Source: Camelus dromedarius
Taxonomy: Eukaryota
Assembly: GCF_036321535.1 (NCBI RefSeq)
Contig: NC_087436.1
Location: 52,640,001 to 52,704,000 of the forward strand
DNA length: 64,000 bases
Direction of reading: 5' to 3'
The translations under genes were made by a program, and so were the position numbers. Below are positions 1 through 13,266 of the stretch, piece by piece. Within the stretch, counting starts at the first letter, position 1. Every line of letters begins with the position of its first letter. The notes beneath the pieces were generated by a model, which saw only the letters and a program-made list of their open reading frames with translations, was not told where the DNA came from and searched no databases.

Positions 1-172
1 ACTGTACAGCACAGAGGAACTATATTCAATTTATTTTAATAACGTTGGAAAAGAGTCTGGAAAAAAATATACAGCTGTTTTGTATACGTATAACTGAAAC
101 ATTTTGCTGTACACCTGAAACCAATATTGTAAATGAATTACACTTAAAGGAAAAGCAAAATTAAAAATAAAA
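1..172 (+). mobile_element. L1 3'UTR terminus with A-rich tail (cut by window edge)
   Basis: actgtacagcacagaggaactatattcaa...gctgtacacctgaaacc...aaaattaaaaataaaa matches Laurasiatherian L1 3' end; homologous to 13039-13266. Confidence 0.85.
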
Positions 173-1452
173 GCTATAGGGGAAGGGATATGTGGTGAGG
201 ACGCCACTGATAAAGTGCTATCACAGATCCTAACATTCTTTAGGCCACCAAACTATACAGCTGAACCCCTTACTGCCACAGCTTTGGCTGCCAGAGCAAT
301 GTAGGGGGCTTGCAAGAGCTCAGCTGGATGGGGCAAGAAAAACACACACCCTCTTGTCCCGAGCGGCCTTCTTTGTGGGAACTTTGAATTCTTAAATGGA
401 AAATGTTTCATTTAAAATGAAATAATAATCCTTACTTTAACTGAGTAAAGAATTTTTTAAAAAATTGTACTAGATATAAACTTTTATGTTAAACGTTTTT
501 TCATGTTTATCCAATTTTACCCAAGTACTGGCACAAACACAACTCTACATTTGAGAGAAGACAAAGGGAGAAGCCTGCAGTCTGATACTTACTTAAAATA
601 GCATGTTTCCTTCCAAGAAGCACTCAGAGGGAAAGTCAATATTCTTCACAGTGAAGAATTCCCTCCCCTTTTCTGACGTGTGTATCTGAACCAGAATTAC
701 ATAGCACATAAATTATCATAAAGGTCTCGGGGCAAAATGGAGCTACAAATACAAGGTCTATTTGGAAAGGTCATGTCAGTTGAGTCTTCTGAGGGTTCAT
801 ATGACCATCAGAAGATCTGTCCAACCAGGTCCTGGCAGGGCTGCCGCTGGGAGGACAGAGACTTGAGACGTTTCTTACTGGGCTCTTACTGCTCGCGAAG
901 GCTGCTAAGCTCTCCCTCCACACACACCTTTCTGTGCTTCAGCTGTGACTCTGGAACTAGAACTCTACAGCACACGGCGGTGCTTTGCCAGCTGGTTGCC
1001 TAAAAACACGAAGTCAGGGACAAGAGGAGAACGGGGAGGCTGGGAAAGGGAGAGGGGATTGGCTCCTTTTCGTCTGCTTCCTGAATCTCTTCTGTTTCCT
1101 GATCCGTTTGGATTTTGGCTTTATTCACATCACTAAGCAATACTTCTTCAAACCATGAATAGCAATCCCCTCCAGTGGTAGAAGTCTGAAGTTCTGACAT
1201 TTCTAGAAGCAGGCTCACAGTGCCATCTCAGAGATCCTAGAACCAGTCTTGGCATGCCCCTTCCAAGACTCCAGCACCAGACACTCAGCATCCATTCAGA
1301 GGTCTATGCCCTAGCCTTTCAGGGTCCCTTCTCTGAACTCAGAAACACCAGCAGCAGGTTGGCATCCACATCTCAAAGATCTTCTGTTTAATAATCTCAA
1401 CTTCTTCCCTTTGTTCCCCCAGGCCTAAAGTTGGTAACTCCTTCCTGCAGGT

Positions 1453-1604
1453 GGACTGAACTACATAATTTGCCAGAGCCACTGAAAAATGAAAATGTGA
1501 AACCTTTGTTCAAAACTTATTAAGAATTTCAAGATGGCAGCAGTGGAGTGTTAAACCAAGCATGGGACCCTTCTAAATGCAAGACCCTGTGGAAATTCAG
1601 GAGT

Positions 1605-1651
<47 letters not shown>

Positions 1652-1660
1652 CCAGCCCTA
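1453..1660 (-). mobile_element. MER45A (hAT-Tip100 MITE) containing a (CA)n expansion
   Basis: aaaatgaaaatgtgaaacctttgttcaaaacttattaagaatttcaagatggcagcagtggagtgttaaaccaagc matches MER45A reverse complement. Confidence 0.75.
1607..1650. repeat. (CA)22 microsatellite
   Basis: Perfect CA dinucleotide run of 44 bp. Confidence 0.98.
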
Positions 1661-2527
1661 TGGACAGGGACTACCTCTGTAAATGTTCATTTGGGCCATT
1701 TTTAGTTCATTAATACCAAATTAGCAAGTCTTCACATTAAATTTTCTCTGTTAAAATAAGAAGTGTAGTTTTTGTCTCAAAACTGGATCCTAGCCAAGAT
1801 CCTATTCTTCAAGCTGAAGGAATGATGAGAGTCTGTCTCCAGAGCAACAGGAAGATCTCTTTTTCTGCACTGCTTAGAATTCAAGTTCTAACCCTCATCT
1901 TGGAGTTCTCGGGATCAAAGTGCAGAAGTCCATAGTTCAAACCATCCTGATACATTTCACTCATGTCTGTTTCCTAGCCATGTAGCCACCAATGTTCTGA
2001 ACATTCAGAGTCCCCAAAACACAGGAGTACACACAGGCACAAGCAACCTATCTATCTATTATATGATATTTACTCCCCCATACATTAATTTAAGTAGAAA
2101 AAAAAATCTAATACATGGAAACTACTTAGAAGTTTAAATTTCTCAAAGTCCTTGTCAAGTTGAAAATCAAATCATGCAGTAGTAAGCATTACCTTCAATA
2201 ATCATTTCCCAATCTGATAAAACATTGTGTCCACCTCTCTTACCCTTTCTAGGAGCAGAGAGAGAAATTCCTCTGGGCAGTGGAGACTAACAGAAGGGCT
2301 ATCAACTATTAACTTGAGCTCCCTCAAGGAGAGAGCCCTTTAGTCAAGCATTCTCAACTGAAGCTTCTGCAGAATGGAGCATCCTCAAGTCCCAGTTATT
2401 AAAAATAAAACTTTACTCAGTAATGGGAGAGAAAGCCTCAAACACTCATGCCACGGCTATCGTGTGATTGAGTGCAGTAACACAACACTATCAATAGCCT
2501 AAATATGTGATACCACCCCACAACTAT

Positions 2528-2700
2528 CACTTATTGCACACTTATCAGGTGTCAGGTCCTGCACTGGGCATTTTAGCACAGATTTTCTTACTTAGTCTCA
2601 TAACAACCCCAGAACTGCTCTAGCAATGCCCACATTACTTAGGAAGGAACCAAGGCTCAGATTGGTTAAGAAACATTCATGGTCACGTTTAATAGTAACT
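2528..2700 (-). mobile_element. MIR SINE (decayed)
   Basis: ctcataacaacccc...gaaggaaccaaggctcagattggttaag is reverse-complement MIR core. Confidence 0.7.
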
Positions 2701-3659
2701 CCAGGTAACACAACAGAGATTTCTCTTGATTTCCTCTAGAAACAAAACCAATTCCTCCAAATGTTGTTATATAATTTCCAGAGGCATTGTTAGCAAATTA
2801 TTCTCTGGAAGCGATTGTTTATCTTTTGAGATGAATTAACTGAGTAGGTCACTAAGATCCATTCGTCAAGGTAGTATCATGACGAGACAAGCAGATAAGT
2901 AGGGACAACCTAGTGCGAGATGCTATTAGGCCAGCCACTAACCTTGCAACAGCTTCATGGCTCTCACACATGGAAGACAGCACTAGAGACTTCTGAGAAC
3001 GAACGTAATCATTTAAGGTTTACCTCTAAATGGCATCACACGTTTCAGTTAAGTCTAGAAACCTCAGTCCATTATGCAGATACTTTCATGCATCTGGCTG
3101 TCTGATATTATGTAGACAGGATGTCTGAATATTTATGTGAGGTCTTTGGTTTTTATTTAAGTATTTGGCATTAGCCTATACTTTTTCTTATGACTACTTG
3201 CCAGGCTCCTTAGTCATGCCATGATTTTATGGTTCAAAAAAATTATATATATAAATCCCATTTCCTCTTGCTCTTTTCTTGTCTTGACAGTTCCTATGAA
3301 CAAAAGACCCATAATTTTGTTTCTGTATGAATATTAAAAATAAAAGTAAACACAGGGATTGGGATTTGTATCTATGAATAAGCATGGAAAACATAACTGG
3401 AAGGTTTTGGTGAGTGCTGAATTATCTGGTCGAAGGAGGCGGTAGACAGTCCATTCAGGAAGGCCAAGAGAAGCTTTATGTCTGCAGATTCCTAAATCTG
3501 CAAATCTATTTAAAACCCAAAGTGGAAAAACTACATGTCCAATCAAGCATGGTGAGCACAATTTTGGAGCCTTTCTCTACTAAACACATACACTTCAGAA
3601 ATGTAAAAAGGGTAAGGGAAAAAAACCTGCAGAGTTTCAAAACTCAGAAAAAATGCCCA

Positions 3660-3900
3660 CGAAGGTTAGTCTTATTATGCAGACTAATGGCAAGCAATGG
3701 GCTCATTAGCGCCATCTCCGTGCGTGCAGGAGGCTTGTTGTTTCCCAAAGAGCTGTAAATAATATCAATCAGATGCAACTTTGTATTGGGCTGAGTCAGC
3801 AAACACTTCTCCCCATTGTTCACCCATTAATTGCATATATTTGCAATTCCTTAACGTCTGCAAACCTCTCGGTCTGAATGGCTTTTTGAGATCTGTAGCT
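3660..3900. promoter_or_regulatory. Candidate enhancer / conserved non-coding element
   Basis: Repeat-free; MARE/AP-1 ggctgagtcagca (3789-3801), SOX cattgtt (3814-3820), aattgcatatatttgcaatt dyad, several TAAT cores, retained CpGs. Confidence 0.4.
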
Positions 3901-4244
3901 CCGCTCCTACGTCAGTAATACACTACAGTTGCCTATGGTCAAACCCATACTATATTATCTGAACATTTCTTTAATGTGCTGACTGCATTTCTAATCACTC
4001 CTCCATATATTTTACTCCCAGTTATGAGCAGGGCCATTAACTATTTTACAAAACTCTTGATACAAGAACTTTCTCATCGGCATTAACACCTACCCTAGAG
4101 AAGTGTATACCAGGGTCCTTTGAGGTGTATATGCCTGTATTTACTTGTGCTCATCTCAACCATACAACTAATGCCCAAGAACGTACCAAAGAGCGTGGGA
4201 GCGGGAGGGGAGCGGGGGGAGGACAAAAAAGAGGGTTCCAGAAA

Positions 4245-4490
4245 AATAACAACTAGCACTTGTGTAATACAACTAGTACCAGGTACTATTCTAAGCACTT
4301 AAAATGGTATCGCATTTGGTCTTTACAGCACCCCAAGGAGGTTAGTACTATGATTATCTCCATTTTACAATCAAGGAAACAGAAAGAGAGAGTTAAAATA
4401 ACTTGCCCTTGTTCACACAGTTGAGAAGTAAAACTAGGATTCAAACCCAGGAAGCCTAACTCCAAAGTTCATGCTCTTAATTATAATATC
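4245..4490 (-). mobile_element. MIR SINE, near full length
   Basis: attatctccattttacaatcaaggaaacag...aacttgcccttgttcacacag...ggattcaaacccagg...gctcttaa is reverse-complement MIR. Confidence 0.9.
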
Positions 4491-5371
4491 ATATGGTCTT
4501 TTGTTACAAATAAAAATGTTTTGAAAGATTATTCCAGAAGGCCCAACAAGGTGGGTGACTATCCTTCTACTAAAGTCTATAATCAAGCAAAGAACCAAAA
4601 CAATGGCTTTTTCAACCTGCTCCTGGCTATCTTAGAGAGATGGAGATACAGATGATGGATAGATAGATACATAGATGCATAGAGTGTATGACGTATATAT
4701 TTAGATACATAAAATAAATTAATTATCAATACATTCATAATTTCTAGGAAAACTAAGAAAAACAGTACATTTTGTGAAAACTTTAAAAATGAAAAAGAAT
4801 TTTTTCTTCTAATCATGAAATTATCTATTGACTGAGATGCAATCCTCCAAAAAGAATTTTGAAAACTGGGACAAACCTAGTAGGGAACATAGAAGTAGTC
4901 TGAACAACTCAAGTTCTACATACTCAAAGCTTCAGATAATCTTTTTTTATAGGTTCAGTTCCCTCAGTATTGAATATCCCTGTATTTACTTGTAAATATA
5001 AAATTCCAAAACCTTATTTTTTATAATACATCCATAATTGGGGTTATCTCTACCATGCATCTTGTCACTGCATTGTCACTTGTAATCAAAACAAGACAAT
5101 AAGACCATTTCTATGTATTTTGTGCAATTCTGTCTGACTAAAAGTTTGGGGGCCTCTCATATAGGCAGGCATTTTGCCTGATGCTATGACATGTTTCCAG
5201 GGCTCTCTTAGCAGTTCACAACTGGGAAGGCAGGAGACAGACACACACTAACTAACACTAGTAAGAGGCAATCTCTGATAAGTGCTGGTCTAGAGAAATA
5301 GCAAAAGGGATGTGAGAGCTGAGAAAGGCATCTGAAAAGCTTTGGGGAAGAGCTGAAGGGACATGGGAGCT

Positions 5372-5530
5372 TAAGGATATATTGTACAACATGGGGAATA
5401 CAGCGAATATTTTATAATAACTATAAATGGAGTATAACCTTTAATAATTGTGAATTGCTATATCGTACTCCTGCAACTTAATATAGTATTGTACAGCAAC
5501 TATACTTCAATTTAAGGGGCAAAAAACGAT
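5372..5530 (+). mobile_element. 5'-truncated L1 3' end
   Basis: aggatatattgtacaacatggggaatacagcgaatattttataataactataaatggagtataacc...caactatacttcaatt. Confidence 0.85.
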
Positions 5531-7459
5531 AATTTTACTTAAAAAAAAGAGAGAGACACAGGAGGAGGGCACCTGGAATAAACAAGTCAGCACCAGCCAA
5601 GACGTGGGTCCCGGGAGAGGGAAGAGGCCCGCACAGGACGCTGACAAGCTGCTGCGTCATGTGGGCGGATTGCGGGGGTGTTAATAGGGCTGAAGAGACA
5701 ACCTAGGAACAGACTGGAAGAACTCGAGTTCTTAGCTAAATAAGCTGGACTTTCCCGGACTACCAGATAGAAAAAGCCAAGTTATAAAAGCCTGTGTTTC
5801 CTTCTAGCCATTCAATTCCTTTTGGAAAATGAGAAAGATCTAAAGAAAAGTAATAGCAATAAGCATATGGTCCTTTCTTCACTGATTCCACATAATTTTT
5901 GAGTGGGAAAACCTGATTCCTAGTATGTGATTCATTGGAGCTGGAGTCAGTAGAACCAATTCTAGCTGTCATTACTTACGGTATTTCCAACGTGACCTTG
6001 GGCTAATCACACTGGGGCTCCTCTGGGCCATGGTTTCCTAACGCCTGGCAGCTAGATTTGCAGAATGATCCAGCTGAGCCTCCCCAGTTCCCCGGAAGTG
6101 CCTCTGGGGAGGTTAAGAAGGCAGAGCCCTCACCACACTCTTAGGCAGGAAAGCTTTATTCTGTATATTCTGCATAAACTTTCCATTGAAGAAAATGTCC
6201 TACAGTTTAAAAACCATTTGAGAAACATCTGACTATCTCATCTGTAAGGTTCCTTTAGCTTTTATGTGCTATTAATCCTTGCTATCTCTTTGTATAATTT
6301 GAGTCTATTTCTCGTTAATATTCAAACATGCTCTGTATATATATATCTCCACGTGCTTTCATGAATGCATTTTATAAGGCCTGACATGGGTTCCAGCTTT
6401 GTTCCTTTGTCGAATGAGCTTTATGATACATTTTCTCATGATTGTTTATAGGCATATAAATAAGCCAGTAACTACAGAGCATGATTTGTGCTATAAACTA
6501 ACAGAAACCAAGTAGAACTCTATGGAAAATGAGCTTCTGGCTTAGTCATTGTCCCAGCAGTTCTCCACATACTGGAAAATGTAGAAGAATATCCAGGCCA
6601 CTGGGGGCCAAATTTGCCAAATCCTCTGTTTTGCTCTGATAATCCTCAACATCCTGGGAGCATGGTTCATAGCAAGTTGCCTCGTCAGTAAAATGGCCAG
6701 CATACAGTGAGTGAGCCGTAAACATTAACTGACAAGGATGAATATTTCTGCTTGACTTCCTGAGCATTTTAGTGACTTAGGCAAGGTCTAAAGGGAGCAT
6801 AGTTGGGTTCTCTGATTACAAAGGATAGATGGATTCCAGTCAAGAGGCAGAGGTGCAAATCTCCTCTCCCAGTAGCTGAGACAGCCCACGTGAGCCCATT
6901 TTTCTTTAGAAGTGCTGATTGCTCCGTATCTTTGCACATCCTCTCTTCCCAGTGCAAAATCCGCCTAGGTTAGGTCCCATGTGCTTATTAGGACTGTTCT
7001 CTGCTAACACGGAAATACAACCAGTTTATCTGAGTTCATGTTTTAAAGTGTTCATTAAAACTTGTAGCATATCCAGGAAGGAATTAGGCTAAGACAGCAT
7101 CACCTGAGAGGTCCCACCAACTAGTTCTGCCCACCCTGGAGACATCAGAATCTTAACTATAATAGCCAGCAGGGCACTAATAAAATCTGGAGAGTTTCTT
7201 TATCCCGGACCTAGTGAGTAAGAAAATCAAAATGGCTTAGTCTAAAAAGATTGAACCAGAAGCAGAACTAGATGCATGTTTTATTATGCAGTTAACTTTG
7301 GTATAAATGCATTCAAAAATTACAAAGGCTATAATGGGGTGGGGGTAGGGTTCCAATGTAAATTTCTAATTCCTCCTCACCGCAATTTGGTGAAAATTCT
7401 TTGCTAGATATAGCAAAGAGAATGGTTTCTGTTCTAATTTGCTCTAAATTTGTCCTCAC

Positions 7460-7790
7460 TTGTATTGTCACATCCTGTTAATGCTCCCACCAAGGCCGTC
7501 TGTTCCGGTCCTACACCACTCTGCTACGGAAGGAGGTGCATTTGTGTATCCGTATTACTAGACATAGTCGCTATATTTGCTCAAAGTTCAGATTTTAAAA
7601 ACAATACCTTAAGTATTCTTATTATTAATAGGTTTTGTTGGCTTCCAATATACAAGAATGCTGATGCCTCCTTTTCCCAGGAATGATATAAGTCTGACTA
7701 TAGCGCATGCGCACACATCTGCACATTTTAAACTCCCAACTGCGCACAGCTTGCTTCCTGTGTTCTTCCTGATTAACACGACTGCCACCC
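7460..7790. promoter_or_regulatory. Candidate non-CpG-island promoter (NRF1 + ETS motifs)
   Basis: Palindromic GCGCATGCGC at 7703-7712, tgcgca at 7741, two cttcctg ETS cores at ~7754-7772, local CpG retention, minus-strand donor-like sites at 7607 and 7459. Confidence 0.4.
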
Positions 7791-7969
7791 TGAGGTGGTG
7801 GTGGGAATTATGGTCCATTCGTTTTGATAAAAATAGAAACTTTGAATGTCAAGGGATATTTTTGAAGAAGTGGATTCTCCTCTGGAGCAGAAATGTTGAA
7901 ACCCTGAAAGTTCTATTGTGATGTTATCAAATCTCATGGTCTAGAGACTTCTGTTTAACATGGACGACC

Positions 7970-8985
7970 CCGAGCGCCTGACTCCAAATACAATTGCCTC
8001 CGTAAGACTCCAGCTGGATATTTAGAAGGAATTCAAAATCACAGTTTAAACAAAACTTCTTGAATTTCATCTCATTTCTCAAGACTGGTTCCTGCCCCAG
8101 TCCTTCCCCATCTCAGTAAAATGACACAAGCATTCAAATAGTGAGTAAAAATGCAGGAGTCACCCTGGTTTCCTTTCTTTCCAACTTTCCACATCCAAGC
8201 CACCAATAAAAGCTGTAGGCTCAACATCCAAAATACTTCCCCCCCACTCCCTTCTCCCCACGTGCCCAGTCACCATCTTAGTTCCAGCAACCGCCACCCC
8301 TGAGCCAGCTCTGCCTATGGCCTCCTGACTGTTTTCCCTACTTCTACAGCAACTACAGATCATCCTTATTAAAATAGAGTGATGTTTATAAAACATAACT
8401 CCCTGACTCCTCCATGGAAGATTTTCCCCACTGCACTTAGAATAAATTCAAACACTCACATATAAAGCTTGGCCTCGCTTCTTCTCTCTCCCTTTGAACT
8501 CTTCCCCAAGCTCCAATCACAAGGAACAAGCTCTTCCCCATTCCCTGCCCATAATTTTTTTGTAAACTTACCAGTTTGTTATAAAAGGTTCTAACTCAGG
8601 AAGAGCAAGATGGAAGAGACTCATAGGTCAAAGCATGGGGAAAGGGGACAGAGCATCATGTCATGTCCAGGAGTCCCCATAGAACTTTTGATGGGCAGTG
8701 CCTTCTCATATGTCTTACTTCAACTGTCACTGACTTCCCTGTTATATTATCTAAAGTAGCCACACACCTCCCTCGACCTAGTCAGACTTCATTACATTAC
8801 CCTAGTTGTTTGCTTTATTGCTTTTCTCATTGTCCAACTTATAATACGTATTTATTGGTATATGTCCTGCCAACCTCTTCTAGAATAAAATCTCCGTGAA
8901 GACAGAGACTCTTCTGATTCATGCATTGCTGTATCTCCCAGCACATGGCAGTACGGGGCACAGACCCTTAATAAATGTTTGATGA
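7970..8985 (+). mobile_element. L2 LINE 3' portion (decayed), interrupted by an LTR fragment
   Basis: ccttccccatctcagtaaaatg, cacatccaa, and terminal cattgctgtatctccca...ttaataaatgtttgatga typical of L2. Confidence 0.8.
8555..8690. mobile_element. MER21-like LTR fragment
   Basis: cttaccagtttgttataaaagg...gatggaagagactcataggtcaaagcatggggaaagggg resembles MER21. Confidence 0.5.
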
Positions 8986-8999
8986 CTTTGGGTGGCTAC

Positions 9000-9197
9000 T
9001 GGATTGGGATACTGGCTCTGCCAGTTACTAACTCTTGTCATTTTTATGAAGTTACTTAATCTGCAGCTGCCTCAGTTTCCTCATCTATAAAATGAGTACA
9101 AAAGTATCTGTCTCATTAGGTTGTTGTGAGGATCAATTAAAATAAAATAGATAAAGCACTTATAAAGCACTAATCAAGTGTTTATTATTATTATTAT
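9000..9197 (+). mobile_element. MIR SINE
   Basis: ggctctgccagttactaac...gttacttaatc...gcctcagtttcctcatctataaaatg...ggttgttgtgaggat...tattattattatt. Confidence 0.92.
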
Positions 9198-9597
9198 TGC
9201 TCAAAAAATAACTGACCCACATCATGTAAGCTCTATTATCAAGTAATCACTGTCAGAAAACATGAAATTTAAAAGTAATCTTCTGAAAATTGTGTCCTAA
9301 CAAACAATGAAATTTTAAAGAAGGACATTTCTGAATTCATGGCAAGTGGTGGGTGAGATAAATGTAATTTGGGAATTTTGTGGGTACCATCAAAGTCTTC
9401 TTCAGAACTTCAGATCCTCCTTCTAAGCATAGGTGTGAAACTAACTCTACAAGGCAGAGCATAATATTTGCTCCAAAAAAAAAAAAAATGGAATACAAAG
9501 TTCAGAAATATGTACTTATTAACTCTGCAGTCTTGATCAGTTAATCACACAGTCTCCATTCTTTCATATGTCTAATAGTAATATAAGAAAATCTAAC

Positions 9598-10212
9598 TTA
9601 GAGAAATGCGAATCAAAACCACAATGAGATACCACCTCACACCTGTCAGAATTGCTATCATCAAAAAGTCTACAAATAACAAATGTTGGCATGGATGTGG
9701 AGAAAATGAAACTCTTGTACACTGTTGGTAGGAATGTAATTTGGTTCAGCCACTGTGGAAAAAACTATGGAGGTTTCTCCAAAAACTAAAAATAGACCCA
9801 CCATATGCCCCAATAATTCCACTCATGGGTATATATTTGAAAATAACAAGAACACTAATTCAAAAAGATACATGCACCCCAATGTTCATAGCAGCATTAT
9901 TTACAATTGCCAACGTACGGAAACAACCTAAGTGTCCATCAACTGATGACTGGATAAAGAAGATGTGAGATACACACACACACACACACACACAAACACA
10001 CACAATGAAATATTACTCAGCCATAAAAATGAGTAAAACGTTGCCATTTGCAGCAACATGATAGACTTGGAGGGCATTATGCTAAGTGAAATAAGTCAGA
10101 CAGAGAAAGATAAATACTGTATGATACCACTTATATGTTGGATCTAAAAAATACAATAAACTGGAGAATATAACATAAAAGAAGCAGACTCACAGATACA
10201 GAGAACAAGCTA
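9598..10212 (+). mobile_element. L1 fragment: ORF2 C-terminus and start of 3'UTR
   Basis: ORF 9741-9968 [31 protein letters not shown]...KCPSTDDWIKKM is the L1 ORF2p C-terminal region; internal (CA)n at ~9973-10003. Confidence 0.95.
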
Positions 10213-11669
10213 ACAACTGCTATAAAAACAGATCAGGAGGGAGTTGGGTTGGCAGTGGTGTCTCTTCATTTCCACTCAATTAACTGAGTCCCTCCTAGAC
10301 TAGGTTCTAGGAAAATACGAGATGCTGAAGACACCAGTGGGTAACTGAGAATAAAACAGAGCCTTGCTTTCAAGGAAGCCAGAGCATGAAGGAAATATGA
10401 CCCTGTAAACAAAGTGAGCAAAGGGATGACTCCAAGGACAGAGGCAAGCAAGAGTTGCAGAGGTTGCTGGGATGGGGGCAATTATTACCTCCATCTGGAG
10501 TGGGTGGGAGGTTTGTTGGGGAGGGCTCCCTGATCTCCTCATCTTCTCTGACCCAGAGACTAGTCTTGTGGTCAGGAGCACTTCCAGGAGATCAAGAGAG
10601 CTCTGAAACTAATCTAGAGTTCTGGCTCTGTTTGAGGTACACCTAAGCTGGCCATGACACACTCAAACCTCAAAGTAACTCAAACCCCATGCGTTATATT
10701 CCAACTTGTAAGTTGACCCTAAGTCTGCCCGTGCTTCTCAGAAGTCATCTAAATTGGAGATCTGGAGCCAGAATAAACCACTAGGTTTTCTTGGAATGCC
10801 CATTATCCCCGCGATCACCTTTTATCTGCCTGCAGAAATGTTATACTTCATTCAAGGCCCTGTCCAAATCTCCTCTCTCCCCTAAGAATCCTTCCAGTCC
10901 CCTTAGCCAATCACACCCTGCCCCCAATGCATTTTTTTTTGTCACAAAATCCATCACATTTCTCTTATAGTAATTACTTACATTGTCACATGTTTCTTAC
11001 ATTTGACTATATAAGTGACTATAATAGAAATACGTTCTTTTTAAAGAAGTTTTTATTCTGCTTTGTTTTTGTTTTGCATAGAGTATATGTTCTGTTCATA
11101 CTCATCCCACACTCACGTTTTGATAACAAGACCCCCAAAATGGAATGAATACAGTATTTTAAATGGAACAGGTCTAGTATTTAGGAGAAAGGAAGAAAGT
11201 GGGCAGAACACAGGTACATCTCTAGAGTATGATTAACTACCTAGGGAAGGATTTCCAGTTGACTCTGGCACCATAATTTGCCAAAAGTTCTTTTTAGCAA
11301 GTATTCACCTGACTAGAGATTCATTGTATTCAGAAAAGAAAATATTACTTGACAAGATATCAATTAATCATAAAAGTTATGAAGTTACTTTCAAAGACAA
11401 GCCAAATGCTAAGGAGAACACACATTAAGTAGGGAATTGAAAAACATTTGCCTTTTATTAACTGAATAACCTTGGAAACAATCTCCCTCAACTCCCTCAA
11501 CTCAGCTCTTGGACTCTCAGAATCCTGATGACAAAACAGGGATAATGAAGCTTTCTTCCAAAGGACTCACTTGAGGATACAGATAAGGTTTCGGTGAAAG
11601 TGCCTGGAGTAGCAGGAACTCCAGTTTGGGCTTCTTTTCCTTTCCCCTCAATGTCTAGCTGGTTTATCA

Positions 11670-11900
11670 GTCATTAATTCATTACCTAATAAATATTTGT
11701 GACATACTTGCTATATGCCAAATGCTATAGGCACAGCAGTGAATGAGAGAAAAATGGGTCCTATCTTCACAGTGGGGAAGGTGAATATTTAGTGGATGAA
11801 AAAACGATTAAATAATCACTGTTGTGACATGGCTGTGAAAGAAGAACTCTACGGCACAAAAGAGTGAGTATCAGGGAGAGCCTCCTCCTCTGGGGACTGA
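11670..11900 (-). mobile_element. L2 3' end
   Basis: tcattaattcatt...aaatatttgtgacatacttgctatatgcca...cacagcagtgaatgaga. Confidence 0.7.
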
Positions 11901-13038
11901 TTAGGAAGGACTTCAGGAATGGGAGGGAATGCCCGTGTGTGGGAAGAAGAAATCTTAGAGCCTGAGGCTTTTGGGTAAGAGTTGTCCAGCCAAAGAACTG
12001 TTTAAGATGACTAGCATGTAAGAATGGGGTGGATAAGTTCAGAGGCTGGGGCAGAGAACAGATAAGGAAAGTCTCAAATTACAAGTAGAAGAAGAGATGT
12101 AGCTGCAGGGAATTATCCCAAGGCTGCCTCCTATTAACTCTGAGATTACAACAGGAAGCTACTAAGGTACAATCACATTTTTGAAATATCAACTAATACT
12201 ATTTTCCCCTAAAAATGTCCTCATTATCTCTCCTCTGCTTCTTACCCCCCTGACCCTCATCCCAATCTCCACAAAGCCTGCACTCCTTGCCTTAGAGGGA
12301 GGATATATCATAACAAAACAAGCAAAGGACAATAAATATCTTCCTAGATACTGTTTCTGAAGACAAAGTTTCCAGGTGCAGAGAGGACAGTTGACATAGA
12401 CAAATGTTTGAGAGCAAGAGACACGAGGAATGTTGGGCTTCCCTATGCATGGGGTTGAGGAAGGCAGAGTTTCTTACAGTGCCCTTACCTGCCTCTACCT
12501 CAAAAGTAGGAAATACCTGCCAGCCAGGGGAAGAGAAAGAGAGTTTGTGACAAAATGATGAAGGAACAAACATTGGTGAGTCTAGAGGAAGTACCTGCTC
12601 CATCCCTGAAAGATGGCCAAACCCAGGGGCAATATGGAAACTTCAAAGGCAGAAGAACCAACACTCTCCTTGTAAAGCCCCAAGGAGGTGGCAAGATCCT
12701 GGGGATATACTGGCCAAATGGCTGATCTAGACACATGGAGGGCCTTGTATGTCACATCAAGTGACCTGATGATTCTTGTGTTTCAGACTCTACGTGGAAA
12801 GAGTAAACAGAACTGCTGGAGCCAATGGCTTTGGCACCAAAGGCATTAAGACAGCAAGTCATACAAGCAAATGACCTCATCCCAACAGGATAATGGATAC
12901 CTCAAAATTTCTATTTGAGTCATGTATACAGGTCACTGTGAGCAGCCATCAGGACATTGAAGACCTTGAATAAACTGAGATCAAGTTACATGACCTTCAT
13001 GGAGTGGAATCTAGAGATAAAAATTAGTTGCTATATAA

Positions 13039-13266
13039 TTAGGAATTTGGGATTAACAGATACACATTACTATGTATATAACAGATAAACAACAAGTACT
13101 ATATAGCACAGGGAACTGTATTCAATTTCTTATAATAATATATCATGGAAAAGAATCTGAAAAGAAAAAAATATGTATGTATGTATATATATAACTGAAT
13201 CACTTTGCTGTAACCTGAAACCAGCATTGCAAATCAACTACACTTCAACAAAAGTTTTTAAAAAAT
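13039..13266 (+). mobile_element. 5'-truncated L1 3' end with 17-bp TSD
   Basis: L1 3'UTR (tagcacagggaactgtattcaa...gaatcactttgctgt); direct repeat aattagttgctatataa at 13022-13038 and 13267-13283. Confidence 0.95.

Larger units (their letters stand above)
1140..1800 (+). mobile_element. LTR33-like ERVL LTR, interrupted by MER45A
   Basis: cttccctttgttcccccaggcctaaagttggtaactccttcctgcag and attaaattttctctgttaaaataagaagtgtagtttttgtctc resemble LTR33 consensus blocks. Confidence 0.55.
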
